The position numbers and the translations under genes were made by a program. The notes below the pieces were generated by a model, which was given only the letters and a program-made list of their open reading frames with translations, was not told the origin of the DNA and made no database searches. From Alphaproteobacteria bacterium (lineage in GTDB: Bacteria; Pseudomonadota; Alphaproteobacteria; Bin95), in NCBI GenBank assembly GCA_964291285.2, contig OZ219787.1:1632001-1696000 (forward strand): DNA of 64,000 nt. Direction: 5' to 3'. Position 1 is the stretch's first letter. Every line of letters begins with the position of its first letter. This document shows positions 1 through 9,225 of the stretch, one piece after another.

Positions 1-122
1 GTGCGGAGCGTCAGCAGGCCGAGCTCGCTCCGGCCCTCGAACCGTCCCGTATGCTTGCCGTAGCTGGTCGCCGGGATGTCGTCCCAGGCGAACAGGGTGA
101 GTGTCACATCGTCGATCTTCAT
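1..122 (-). CDS. 5' part of probable mandelate racemase/muconate lactonizing (enolase superfamily) protein, runs off window
   Basis: Manual translation from ATG at 122: MKIDDVTLTLFAWDDIPATSYGKHTGRFEGRSELGLLTLR, resembling MR/MLE N-termini; divergent from htpG. Confidence 0.55.
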   Translation of the reverse strand, partial: MKIDDVTLTLFAWDDIPATSYGKHTGRFEGRSELGLLTLR

Positions 123-211
123 GGGGCGGCGCGCCCTCCTGCCGTCTTGAACCGGGGCGCGAAGCGTCGCATATGCCGGGCCGGGACGGAACAGGCGTAA
201 GGGGGAACGGC

Positions 212-2065
212 ATGAGCGAAGAGCGCCGGGCGTTTCAGGCGGAGGTCGGGCGCATCCTCGACCTCATGGTGCACTCGGTCTATTCGGACAAGGAAATCTT
301 CCTGCGCGAGCTGATTTCCAACGCGGCGGACGCCTGCGACCGGCTGCGCTACCGCGCCATCGCCGAGCCGGAATTGCTGGACGGGGACGCCGAATTCCGC
401 ATCCGCATCGAGGTGGACAAGGAGGCGCGCACCATCGCCGTCGCCGACAATGGCGAAGGCATGGGCCGGGAGGAGCTGGTGGAGAATCTCGGCACCATCG
501 CGCGCTCGGGCACCGCCGCCTTCGCCGACAGGCTGACCGGCGATGCGAAGAACGACGTGGCGCTGATCGGGCAGTTCGGCGTCGGCTTCTACTCGGCTTT
601 CATGGTGGCGGAGCGGGTGCAGGTGGTCTCGCGCGCCGCCGGAGCGGAAGAGGCGTTCGCCTGGGAGTCGGACGGGCGCGGCGAATTCACGGTCTCGGAG
701 GCGGAGCGGGAGCCGCGCGGCACCGTGGTCCGCCTGTATCTCAGGGAAGGCGAGGACGAGTTCCTGGAACCGGCCCGGCTCGGAACCGTGGTCAAGACCT
801 ATTCGGACCACATCGCCATCCCGGTCGAGATGGACGGCGAGACGGTCAACGAAGCCTCCGCCCTCTGGACCCGGCCCCGGAACGAGATCGAACCGGAGCA
901 ATATGCCGAGTTCTACCGCCATGTCGGCCATGCCTTCGACGAGCCCTGGCTCACACTGCATTTCCGCGCCGAGGGCGTGATCGAATATGCGGGCCTGCTG
1001 TTCGTGCCGACATCGCGGCCGTTCGACCTCTTCAATCCGGACCGCAAATCCGCGCTCAAGCTCTATGTGAAGCGCGTGTTCATCACCGACGATGCGCCGG
1101 AGCTGGTCCCGGCCTGGCTGCGTTTCCTGCGCGGCGTGGTGGACAGCGAGGACCTGCCGCTCAACCTCTCGCGCGAGATGCTCCAGCGAAACCCCGTGTT
1201 GCGGCGTATCCGCGACGGGCTGGTGCGCCGGGTGCTGGGCGAGCTCAAGACGAAAGCCGAAGCGGACAGGGAAGGCTACGAGACCTTCTGGGAGGCGTTC
1301 GGGCCGGTGCTCAAGGAAGGGCTCTACGAAGACGCCGGCCAGCGCGAGGCGTTGCTGGAACTGGCGCGCTTCCGCTCGACCGCGTCGGAGGACTGGACGA
1401 CGCTCGCCGGCTATGTCGAGCGGATGCGCGAGGGCCAGGAGGCGATCTACTACATCGCCGGCGAGGAGGGCGCGGCACTCGCCGGCAGCCCGCATCTGGA
1501 AGGCTTCCGCGCGCGCAGGGTCGAGGTGCTGCTGTTGCAGGACCCGGTGGACGATTTCTGGGTGCCGGCCGTCGGCGACTATGACGGCAGGCGCTTCGTC
1601 TCGGTCTCGCGCGGCAGCATCGACCTCGGCGCCATTCCGCTGGCCGGGGACGAGGCGCCGAAGGAGGACGCCGCGCCGGAAGCCGACATCGCCTCGCTGG
1701 TCGCGCTCCTCAAGGTCACGCTGGGAGAGGCGGTCAAGGACGTGCGCGGCTCCGAGGCGCTGACCGAGAGCGCCGTGCGCCTGGTGGCGGACGAGGGCGA
1801 CATGGACCTGCATCTGGAGCGGATGCTGCGCCGCCACGGCCAGATCGACGGCGGGGCGTCGCGCCGCGTGCTGGAGCTCAATCCGCGCCACCGTCTGGTG
1901 CAGGGGCTCGCGCGCTCCATGGCCGCGGGCGAGGACCGGGCCGCGCAGTTGGCGCCCCTGCTGCTGGACCAGGCGCGCATTGCCGAGGGCGAGTCGCCGG
2001 AAGACCCCGCCGCCTTCGCCCGCCGCCTCGCCGACGCGCTCGCGGACAGCCTGCCGGCCGCGTGA
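212..2065 (+). CDS. htpG: Hsp90 chaperone HtpG
   Basis: FQAEV..ILDLMVHSVYSDKEIFLRELISNA, NLGTIARSGT, IGQFGVGFYSAF; ATG 212 after GGGGGA SD. Confidence 0.97.
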   Translation: MSEERRAFQAEVGRILDLMVHSVYSDKEIFLRELISNAADACDRLRYRAIAEPELLDGDAEFRIRIEVDKEARTIAVADNGEGMGREELVENLGTIARSGTAAFADRLTGDAKNDVALIGQFGVGFYSAFMVAERVQVVSRAAGAEEAFAWESDGRGEFTVSEAEREPRGTVVRLYLREGEDEFLEPARLGTVVKTYSDHIAIPVEMDGETVNEASALWTRPRNEIEPEQYAEFYRHVGHAFDEPWLTLHFRAEGVIEYAGLLFVPTSRPFDLFNPDRKSALKLYVKRVFITDDAPELVPAWLRFLRGVVDSEDLPLNLSREMLQRNPVLRRIRDGLVRRVLGELKTKAEADREGYETFWEAFGPVLKEGLYEDAGQREALLELARFRSTASEDWTTLAGYVERMREGQEAIYYIAGEEGAALAGSPHLEGFRARRVEVLLLQDPVDDFWVPAVGDYDGRRFVSVSRGSIDLGAIPLAGDEAPKEDAAPEADIASLVALLKVTLGEAVKDVRGSEALTESAVRLVADEGDMDLHLERMLRRHGQIDGGASRRVLELNPRHRLVQGLARSMAAGEDRAAQLAPLLLDQARIAEGESPEDPAAFARRLADALADSLPAA

Positions 2066-2071
2066 CGGGAC

Positions 2072-2809
2072 TCAATACCAAACGCGCGTCAGGCAGAGGC
2101 CGTGGGGCGGGGCGGTCGGGCCTGCGGCGGGGCGCGAGGCGGCTTCGAGCGCCGCGGACACATCGTCGGGCGTGCGCTTGCCGATGCCGACCTCGCGCAA
2201 GGTGCCGGCGATGATTCGCATCTGGTGGTGCAGGAAGGAGCGCGCCTCGGCGTAGAGCACGATCTCGTCGCCCTCGCGGCGGACATCGAGGCGGTCGAGC
2301 GTGCGGACGGGCGAGTCCGCCTGGCATTCCGAGGACCGGAAGCTGCTGAAATCGTGCCGTCCGAGCAGGCGTCTGGCGGCCTCGTCCATCGCGCCTGCGT
2401 CGAGCGGCGTGCCGACATGCCAGACCCGGCCGCGGTCCAGGGCCGGCGGCGCGCGGCGGTTCAGGATGCGAAAGCGGTAGGCACGGCCGGCGGCCGAGAA
2501 GCGGGCGTGGAAATCCGGCGCGGCCTCCTCGGCGCCGAGCACGGAGACGGGCAGTGGGCCCAGATGGTGGTTGACCGCGTCGCGCAGCACGGTGGGCGGC
2601 CTCGCGCCCTCAAGGTCCAGATGCGCGACTTGTCCCTCGGCATGGACGCCGGCGTCGGTCCGGCCCGCGCCCTGGACGCGCACCCGTTCGCCGCAGAAGC
2701 GGAACACCGCCTCCTCCAGCGCCGACTGCACCGAGGGGCCGTTCGCCTGGGCCTGCCAGCCGACGAACGGCCCGCCGTCATACTCAAGCAGGATGCGGTA
2801 TCGCGGCAT
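2072..2809 (-). CDS. truA: tRNA pseudouridine(38-40) synthase
   Basis: [45 protein letters not shown]; follows fmt. Confidence 0.96.
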   Translation of the reverse strand: MPRYRILLEYDGGPFVGWQAQANGPSVQSALEEAVFRFCGERVRVQGAGRTDAGVHAEGQVAHLDLEGARPPTVLRDAVNHHLGPLPVSVLGAEEAAPDFHARFSAAGRAYRFRILNRRAPPALDRGRVWHVGTPLDAGAMDEAARRLLGRHDFSSFRSSECQADSPVRTLDRLDVRREGDEIVLYAEARSFLHHQMRIIAGTLREVGIGKRTPDDVSAALEAASRPAAGPTAPPHGLCLTRVWY

Positions 2810-3722
2810 CAAGCAGGTCCGTTCCCGCCGGCAGGGGGAAGCCACGCAGGAAGGCGGCGGCCTCCATGGCCGAACGCCCCGGCCGTTGCAGGCGAAGCAG
2901 GCGCAACGCGCCCTCGCCGCAGGCGACGGCGGCGCCGTCGTCCAGCACCCGGCCGGGCGGCCCTTCGCCGGCTTCGATCGCGGCTGCACCGACCCCGATG
3001 CGCTCGCCCCGGAAGGTGAAGCGGGCGCCCGGCCGCGGGGCGAAGGCGCGCACCCGCCGCTCCAGCTCGGCCGCCGGGCGCGTCCAGTCGAGCAGGCTGT
3101 CCTCGCGGGCGATCTTGGTTGCCCAGGTGACGCCAGCCTCAGGCTGCGGAGCCGGTTCGAGGCTGCCGTTCTCCAGCCCCTCCAGCGCCGCCACCGCCGC
3201 CTCGCCGGCGATCTGCGCCAGGCGGTCGTGCAACGTCCCGCCGGTGGTTTCCGGGCCGACAGGCGTGCGCCGCTCCAGAAGCACCGGGCCCGTGTCCAGG
3301 CCTTCGTCCATGACCATGACGGAAATGCCGGTCTCCCGGTCGCCGGCGAGGATCGCATGCTGGATCGGCGCCGCGCCCCGCCAACGGGGCAGCAGCGAGG
3401 CATGGAGGTTCAGGCAGCCGAAGCGCGGCGCGGCCAGGACCGCCGGCGGCAGCAGCAGCCCGTAGGCGGCGGTAACGGCGACATCGAGACGAAGCGCCTC
3501 GAAATCCTGCAGGAGTGCAGGGTCCCGGAGGCTCGCGGGCGTCGCGACCGGAATGCCGTGCGCCTCGGCGAAAGCCTGCACCGGGGAAGGCCTGAGCCGG
3601 TGCCCCCGGCCGGCCGGACGCGGCGGCTGCGCATAGGCGCGCACGACCTCATGTCCGGCGTCCAGCAGCGCCTCGAAAGCCGGCAGGCCGAATTCCGGCG
3701 TGCCCAGGAAGGCGAGGCGCAT
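2784..3722 (-). CDS. fmt: Methionyl-tRNA formyltransferase
   Basis: [30 protein letters not shown]; def-fmt-truA order. Confidence 0.97.
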   Translation of the reverse strand: MRLAFLGTPEFGLPAFEALLDAGHEVVRAYAQPPRPAGRGHRLRPSPVQAFAEAHGIPVATPASLRDPALLQDFEALRLDVAVTAAYGLLLPPAVLAAPRFGCLNLHASLLPRWRGAAPIQHAILAGDRETGISVMVMDEGLDTGPVLLERRTPVGPETTGGTLHDRLAQIAGEAAVAALEGLENGSLEPAPQPEAGVTWATKIAREDSLLDWTRPAAELERRVRAFAPRPGARFTFRGERIGVGAAAIEAGEGPPGRVLDDGAAVACGEGALRLLRLQRPGRSAMEAAAFLRGFPLPAGTDLLDAAIPHPA

Positions 3723-3729
3723 GGCGCCG

Positions 3730-4245
3730 TCAGTCCTTCTTGCGGCGCTTCGACTTGTCCAGCCGCCGCAGGATCACGCCGCGCTTGATCGCGGACAGGT
3801 AGTCCACATGCAGCATGCCGTTCAGATGGTCGATTTCGTGCTGGAGGCAGCGGGCGCGCAGGCCTTCGGCCTCAAGCTCCCGCGGCTCGCCGTTCTCGTC
3901 GAGATAGGCGACCCGCACCGCCTCCGGCCGCTCCACATCTACATAGACCTCGGGCAGCGAGAGGCAGCCTTCATTGCCGGTGACGAGCTCCTCCGAGCGC
4001 CAGACGACTTCCGGATCGACCAGCTTCAGCGGGGCCGGCTCTTCCTCGTCGCGCGCGCAATCTATCACCACGAGGCGCTTCAGCACGCCGACCTGCGGCG
4101 CGGCCAGGCCGATGCCGGGTGCGTCGTACATGGTCTCCAGCATGTCGTCGAGCAGGCGGCGGGCCGCGCTGTCCACCTTGCCCACAGGGGCGCAGCGGGT
4201 CCGCAGCCGCCGGTCGGGCGCGATCAGGATGTCGAGTTTCGCCAT
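3730..4245 (-). CDS. def: Peptide deformylase
   Basis: GIGLAAPQVG, EGCLS, QHEIDHLNG; ATG at 4245. Confidence 0.97.
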   Translation of the reverse strand: MAKLDILIAPDRRLRTRCAPVGKVDSAARRLLDDMLETMYDAPGIGLAAPQVGVLKRLVVIDCARDEEEPAPLKLVDPEVVWRSEELVTGNEGCLSLPEVYVDVERPEAVRVAYLDENGEPRELEAEGLRARCLQHEIDHLNGMLHVDYLSAIKRGVILRRLDKSKRRKKD

Positions 4246-4307
4246 AGTCCGCAGGTCGTCGATTCCGCGCCGCCTTATGCCACGGGGCGCCGCCTGCCGG
4301 AAGCCCG

Positions 4308-4868
4308 CTACACGGCCACCCAGCCGGGAGGCGGCTCGCGGCCGGGATGGATGGCGCCGCATTCGGGGCAGGTGCGGGCAGCCTCGTCGGAGTAGAACGC
4401 CTCGAACAGCGGCGGCAGGTCCGTGACGATGTTGGCGACCGGCAGCTCCACCCGATGCACCAGGGCGCCGCACTCGAAGCAGAACCACTCGAACCCGTCG
4501 AGCATGCCGCCGACCCGCGGCGCTTCCACCACCAGCCCGACCGAGCCCGGCACCGGGCGCTGCGGCGAGTGGCGCACATGGGGCGGCAGCATGAACACTT
4601 CACCGGCCCGGATCGGCACATCGTAGATGCGGCCCTCTTCCGCCACCTTGAGGACCATGTCGCCTTCCGGCTGGTAGAAGAACTCCTCTACCGGGTCGTC
4701 GTGGAAGTCCACCCGCTGGTTCGGGCCGCCCACCACCATGACCGTCATGCCGGCTTCCTCGAACACCAGCTTGTTGCCAACCGGCGGTTTCAGCAGGTCG
4801 CGGTGCTCGTCGATCCAGCAGCGGAAATCGAAGGGTCTGAGGCGAGGGTGCTCCAGATAGCCGGTCAT
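4308..4868 (-). CDS. nbaC: 3-hydroxyanthranilate 3,4-dioxygenase
   Basis: LKPPVGNK, VGGPNQRVDFHDDPVEEFFYQ, HSPQRP, CFEC...CPECG rubredoxin-like site; GGAGGGAG SD. Confidence 0.9.
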   Translation of the reverse strand: MTGYLEHPRLRPFDFRCWIDEHRDLLKPPVGNKLVFEEAGMTVMVVGGPNQRVDFHDDPVEEFFYQPEGDMVLKVAEEGRIYDVPIRAGEVFMLPPHVRHSPQRPVPGSVGLVVEAPRVGGMLDGFEWFCFECGALVHRVELPVANIVTDLPPLFEAFYSDEAARTCPECGAIHPGREPPPGWVAV

Positions 4869-4936
4869 CGGCGCTCCCTCCCCGCCGGGCGTCAAAACCG
4901 GCAGGGAGGGTAGAACGGAACGCCTCTCGCCGCCAG

Positions 4937-6280
4937 TCAGAACGCGGCGTCGCGACCGTCGGCCCTGGCGACCTCGCGGGCATTGGGGTTGACGGAGGGG
5001 CGGAACGGCATCTCGCACACTTCCGCCGCCACCGGCTGCCCCGGTTGCTCGGCGTAGCGGTCCGGCAGCCAGACGGCGTATTCCGTGCCGATGCCCGCCT
5101 TCTCCACCGGCACATAGCCCATGGATATGTTGCAGCCGAGCTCGGGCGAGTACCAGGGCGAGGTGAGATAGCCGACCGGCTCGCCGCCGCCCGGTTCCGA
5201 CACCAGCCAGAAGTCGGGCGCATAGTCGTCGATGGGCTTGCCGCCCATGCGCAGGCCCACAAGCTGCTGGCGCCAGGGCGGGTTGCCGGCTTCCATGTCG
5301 GCGCGCATGCGTTCCAGCGCCGCCCTGCCGATATAGTCGGCGGTCTTCTTGCGCGGCACCTGGTAGCCGAGATTGCACTGGAAGGGGTTGGTCTCGTGGT
5401 CGAGGTCCTGGCCCCAGGAGAGGATACCCGCCGCGATACGGCGCTGGTGGCCGGGCGCAATCACCATCAGCTGGTGCGCCTTGCCGGCCTCAAGCACGGC
5501 CTCCCACATGGCGTTGGCATGCAGGGTCGCGTCGCGCAGATAGATTTCGTAGCCCTTCTCGCCCGAGAAGCCGGACTGCGAGATGACGACGGCGCAGCCG
5601 CCCACCTCCGCCTCCATGATGCCGTAGAACGGAATCTCGTAGATGGCGGGCCCGACCAGGTCGGCCATCAGGGCTTCCGACTTCGGCCCCTGGATCTGCA
5701 CCGGGCAGACGTCGATCTCGTCGATCTCGACATCCATCCGCGCGCCGGTATTGACGCCCTGAAGCCAGAACAGGATGTCGCTGTCGGAAAGCGAGAACCA
5801 GAACTCGTCCTCGGCCAGCCGCAGCAGCACCGGGTCGTTGAGGATGCCGCCCTTCTCGTTGCAGAGGATGACATACTTGCCGTGCATCGGCCGGATGCGG
5901 GCGGCATCGCGGGTGATGACATAGTTCACGAAGCGTTCGGCGTCCGGGCCCTTCACGCGGATCTGGCGCTCGACCGCCACGTTCCACATGGTCACATGCT
6001 TGGTCAGCGCCTCATATTCCACGGAGGCCCCGCCGTCTTCCGGGCGCACATAGCCGCGCGGATGGTAAACGCGGTTATAGACCGTCGCCCGCCAGCAGCC
6101 GGCCTCGTGGCTCAGATGCCAGTAGGGCGACTTGCGCACGCGGGTCGAGATCAGCAGCTCCGTCTTCGTCGGCCCGCTCTGGCGCAGATTGTAGGGCACG
6201 ACGCGGTCGGACTGGTTCACGCTTGTCGCCTGTTCCCTGCGGTAGCGGGAATCGAGGCTCGGGGAATTGTCGAGGGGCAT
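4937..6280 (-). CDS. GcvT-family THF-dependent demethylase, DmdA-like
   Basis: STRVRKSPY, VYNRVYHP, HVTMWNVAVERQI, NDPVLLRL..FWFSLSDSD, IQGPKS, SGFSGEKGYEIY; no gcvH/gcvP nearby. Confidence 0.8.
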   Translation of the reverse strand: MPLDNSPSLDSRYRREQATSVNQSDRVVPYNLRQSGPTKTELLISTRVRKSPYWHLSHEAGCWRATVYNRVYHPRGYVRPEDGGASVEYEALTKHVTMWNVAVERQIRVKGPDAERFVNYVITRDAARIRPMHGKYVILCNEKGGILNDPVLLRLAEDEFWFSLSDSDILFWLQGVNTGARMDVEIDEIDVCPVQIQGPKSEALMADLVGPAIYEIPFYGIMEAEVGGCAVVISQSGFSGEKGYEIYLRDATLHANAMWEAVLEAGKAHQLMVIAPGHQRRIAAGILSWGQDLDHETNPFQCNLGYQVPRKKTADYIGRAALERMRADMEAGNPPWRQQLVGLRMGGKPIDDYAPDFWLVSEPGGGEPVGYLTSPWYSPELGCNISMGYVPVEKAGIGTEYAVWLPDRYAEQPGQPVAAEVCEMPFRPSVNPNAREVARADGRDAAF

Positions 6281-6469
6281 GGGCTTCGCGCCTCCGCAGC
6301 AGGGACAGGAATCCCAGAATCGGCGCGGAGTCCGGGGCGGATGCGCCCGTTCGCGACGATTTTCGCGGCATGTGCGACAGAATTTTGCTTCCGGGGTGCC
6401 GGAACCGATTGACAAGCAGGCGACGCGGCGGCATTTGCAACTTTAGCGTCATATTGCCGGAGTCGGCCC

Positions 6470-7495
6470 ATGGCTGGCGAGCAGGTATTCCGCGGGAGCG
6501 ACGGCGCACCTGTCGAGGTGACGCTCCTGCCCATTCCGAACTTCTCCCTTTCGAGTTTCGCGGCGTTGGTCGAGCCCCTTCGCCTTGCGAACTACGTTGC
6601 GGAGCGCCCGCTCTACAGCTGGCGGGTCGTAACGCCGGAAGGCGCGCCGGTGCGCTCCAGCTGCGGCGTGGCGGTGGCGGCGGACGAGCCGGCCGAGCGC
6701 ATCCGGCGACCGGAGAACATCGTTGTCTGCGGCGGCGTGGACGGCTGGGCCTATGAGGACCCGGCGGCGCTTGCGCTGCTGCGCCGCTGGGCGCGGGACG
6801 GCGCCTATGTGGGCGCGGCATGCACCGGGGCCTATGTGCTGGCGCGGGCCGGCCTGTTGCAGGACCGGCGCTGCACCATCCATTGGGAGAGCCTCGACGG
6901 GTTCGCCGAGCGGTTCCCGGATATCGACCTGCGCGCGGCGCTGTTCGAGGTCGACCGCGACCGGTTCACCTGCACCGGCGGCGAGGCGGCCTGCGACATG
7001 GTCCTCCAGGATATCGCCTGGCGTCACGGCGGAGACATCATGGCGGCGGTGGCCGGCCAGCTCCTGCATGACCGCGTGCGCAGCGGGCGGGATGAACGCT
7101 ACCTGCCGCACCAGGCCTGGCTCCGCACCAGCCATCCCGTGCTGGTCAAGGCGCTGACCGCCATGGCTGCTAATCGGGAAGAGCGCCTTTCCCTGGTGGA
7201 GATCGCCCGGGAGGCCAATGTCTCGCCGCGCCAGCTTGAGCGGCTGTTCCGGCGCTATCTCGATTCGACCCCGGCGCGCTGGTATCTGCGGATGCGGCTG
7301 ACGCGGGCGCGCCAGTTGCTGATCGAGACGCAAATGCCGGTGACCTGGATCGCGGTCGCCTGCGGCTTCGGCTCGACCTCGCATTTCTCTAAGAACTACC
7401 GCCAGTTCTTCGGCGTCTGCCCGCGCGAGGAACGGCGCCAGCGCCGGGCCGCGCGCGAGTCCGCTGCCGCGCCACCGGTGAGCCGCGCGGCATAG
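6470..7495 (+). CDS. GlxA-family AraC transcriptional regulator (DJ-1/GATase domain + HTH)
   Basis: EPLRLAN, CTGAYVLARAGLL, RQLERLFRRYL, IAVACGFGSTSHFS; divergent from the GcvT gene. Confidence 0.92.
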   Translation: MAGEQVFRGSDGAPVEVTLLPIPNFSLSSFAALVEPLRLANYVAERPLYSWRVVTPEGAPVRSSCGVAVAADEPAERIRRPENIVVCGGVDGWAYEDPAALALLRRWARDGAYVGAACTGAYVLARAGLLQDRRCTIHWESLDGFAERFPDIDLRAALFEVDRDRFTCTGGEAACDMVLQDIAWRHGGDIMAAVAGQLLHDRVRSGRDERYLPHQAWLRTSHPVLVKALTAMAANREERLSLVEIAREANVSPRQLERLFRRYLDSTPARWYLRMRLTRARQLLIETQMPVTWIAVACGFGSTSHFSKNYRQFFGVCPREERRQRRAARESAAAPPVSRAA

Positions 7496-7691
7496 AGCAT
7501 AATCGGTTCAGGTTGAAACGACGGGGATAGGCCCGGCCCCGCCCCTACCGTATGCACATCTGTCAATTCGGCCTGTATCCGGTCCACTCCCTGTGGACCA
7601 TGTCTGCCCCCTTCGACAGGCAGGGGCCGGAGCGGTGATGGCGTGTGACAAATTGTTCCTAAAATTTAAGTAATAATTCTCTATTCTGGGA

Positions 7692-7718
7692 TTGCATCTG
7701 AGAAAACAGTGATATGAT
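7692..7718 (+). promoter_or_regulatory. Putative sigma70 promoter of element copy 1
   Basis: TTGCAT-N15-TATGAT with extended -10 (TG-A-TATGAT), AT-rich upstream. Confidence 0.5.
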
Positions 7719-7971
7719 AGGTGCGAGGTGAGCGGCATCCGGAGCCGCTTCCCGCCCGCGCCGGCCCGGTGCGGAACGACCCCGATTCAGCCGACAGGCG
7801 AGGTGTGCCCTGCGCCTGCCTCGCGTGCGCGCAATCAGGCGCGCGAACCGCGCCGGCGCCGACACCCGCCCGCGCCGGCACAGGCGCCCGCGCAGGATAC
7901 GCGCGAATAGGGGCCGCTCCGATGCCGGGACGGCATGGCCGTCGAACCGAAACGGAATGAAGGAGCCGCAC

Positions 7972-8145
7972 ATGACATTTCCCGACCCGACCGTCGCCCT
8001 CTCCTCACGACAGGAAGCCTTCTGCCGCCACTACACAGCCTCAACCGGCTCCAGAGGGCCGGCCCCTTCAATGCGCCCCGGCAGCCGGACGGGCCCGGAG
8101 ACGCGGAGTTCGCACCCGGCCATGACAAAACATGACATTCCATGA
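7972..8145 (+). pseudogene. Short ORF (57 aa) with terminase-small-subunit-like HTH N-terminus, apparently internally deleted
   Basis: AAGGAG SD then MTFPDPTVALSSRQEAFCRHYTAS, like the TerS L(T/S)xKQxxFxxxY motif; similarity ends abruptly and ORF stops within CATGACA boxes. Confidence 0.45.
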
Positions 8146-8329
8146 CACATGCCTGGAGTGGGCCCCTGGGTTCGGACAATCGGGCCGGGAGGAAAGCCCT
8201 CTCCCCCCGGGGGCGGCGACAGGCAGAATTCGGGGCGACGCAAAGGCAGGTCCGCCGGCCGTTACCCCGGGCGGGCGTGTCGGGCTATGCTCCGGTGAGA
8301 CCGGCCCGCAATGGAGGACTGAAGAGCCC

Positions 8330-9217
8330 ATGCCTTACGCAACGACCGATGACGGGGTGCGCCTGTATTACGAGGAGGCCGGGTCGGGGACGCCGGTCGT
8401 CTTCGTGCATGAATTCGCGGGCGACATGCGCTCCTGGGAGCCGCAGATGCGCCATTTCTCGCATCGCTACCGCGCGCTCGCCTACAATGCGCGCGGCTAT
8501 CCGCCCTCCGAGGTGCCGGAGGAGCCGTCGAGCTACAGCCAGACGCGCGCCGCGGACGACATTGCGGCAGTCATGGACGCGGCCGGGATTGACCGCGCGC
8601 ATATCTGCGGGCTCTCCAAGGGCGGGTTCGCCACCTTGCATTTCGGCTTCCGACACCCGGCCCGCGCGATCTCGCTGGTCGTGGCGGGCTGCGGTTACGG
8701 GGCCGAGCCCGACAAGCGCGCGCAGTTCAAGGCCGAGGCCGAGGCGACGGCGGAGCTGATCGAGCGGGACGGCATGGACGTCTTCGCCGACATCTACTCG
8801 AAAGGTCCGACCCGGGTGCAGTTCGAGAACAAGGACCCGCGCGGCTGGCGCGAGTTTCGCGACCAGCTTGCCGAACATTCGCAGGCGGGCGCGGCGGCCA
8901 CCATGCGCGGCCTCCAGGCGCGGCGGCCTTCGCTCTACGATCTTACGGACGAGATGGCAGCACTCCGGGTGCCGACCCTGGTGCTGACCGGCGACGAGGA
9001 CTGGCCCTGCCTGCTGCCGGGCGTGCTGATGAAGCAGACCATTCCCTCGGCGGCGCTCTCGGTGATGGTGAATTGCGGCCACACCATCAACATCGAGGAC
9101 CCGGACGGGTTCAACCGCATCTGCGGGGACTTCTTCGCCCAGGTCGATGCCGGCCGCTGGCCGGAGCGCGACCCGCGCGCGGTCACGGGCTCGATCCTCG
9201 GCGTCGAGGCGAAATAG
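8330..9217 (+). CDS. Alpha/beta fold hydrolase
   Basis: VFVHEFAG, YNARGYPPS, GLSKGG nucleophile elbow, GDED, CGH. Confidence 0.9.
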   Translation: MPYATTDDGVRLYYEEAGSGTPVVFVHEFAGDMRSWEPQMRHFSHRYRALAYNARGYPPSEVPEEPSSYSQTRAADDIAAVMDAAGIDRAHICGLSKGGFATLHFGFRHPARAISLVVAGCGYGAEPDKRAQFKAEAEATAELIERDGMDVFADIYSKGPTRVQFENKDPRGWREFRDQLAEHSQAGAAATMRGLQARRPSLYDLTDEMAALRVPTLVLTGDEDWPCLLPGVLMKQTIPSAALSVMVNCGHTINIEDPDGFNRICGDFFAQVDAGRWPERDPRAVTGSILGVEAK

Positions 9218-9225
9218 CCTAAATG

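Larger units (their letters stand above)
7650..8150 (+). repeat. Dispersed intergenic element, copy 1
   Basis: Shares GCGCGCAATCAGGCGCGCGAACCGCGCCGGCGCCGACAC (39 nt) and GGCGCCCGCGCAGGATACGCGCG with copy 3; CATGACA at 8121, 8131, 8141; ends approximate. Confidence 0.85.

Noticed and set aside
7606-7628. Hairpin GCCCCT-tcgacaggc-AGGGGC downstream of the GlxA gene
   Set aside because: No U-tract and a single occurrence; cannot be called a terminator or REP with confidence
7650-7690. Alphaproteobacterial LexA box (GTTC-N7-GTTC) upstream of the element promoters
   Set aside because: Only single TTGTTC half-sites recur; no properly spaced pair in any copy
8121-8150. CATGACA arrays (also 20191-20269, 50441-50510) or the 62266-62377 repeat as CRISPR arrays
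   Set aside because: Units are 10 bp with no 25-45 bp unique spacers, and there are no cas genes
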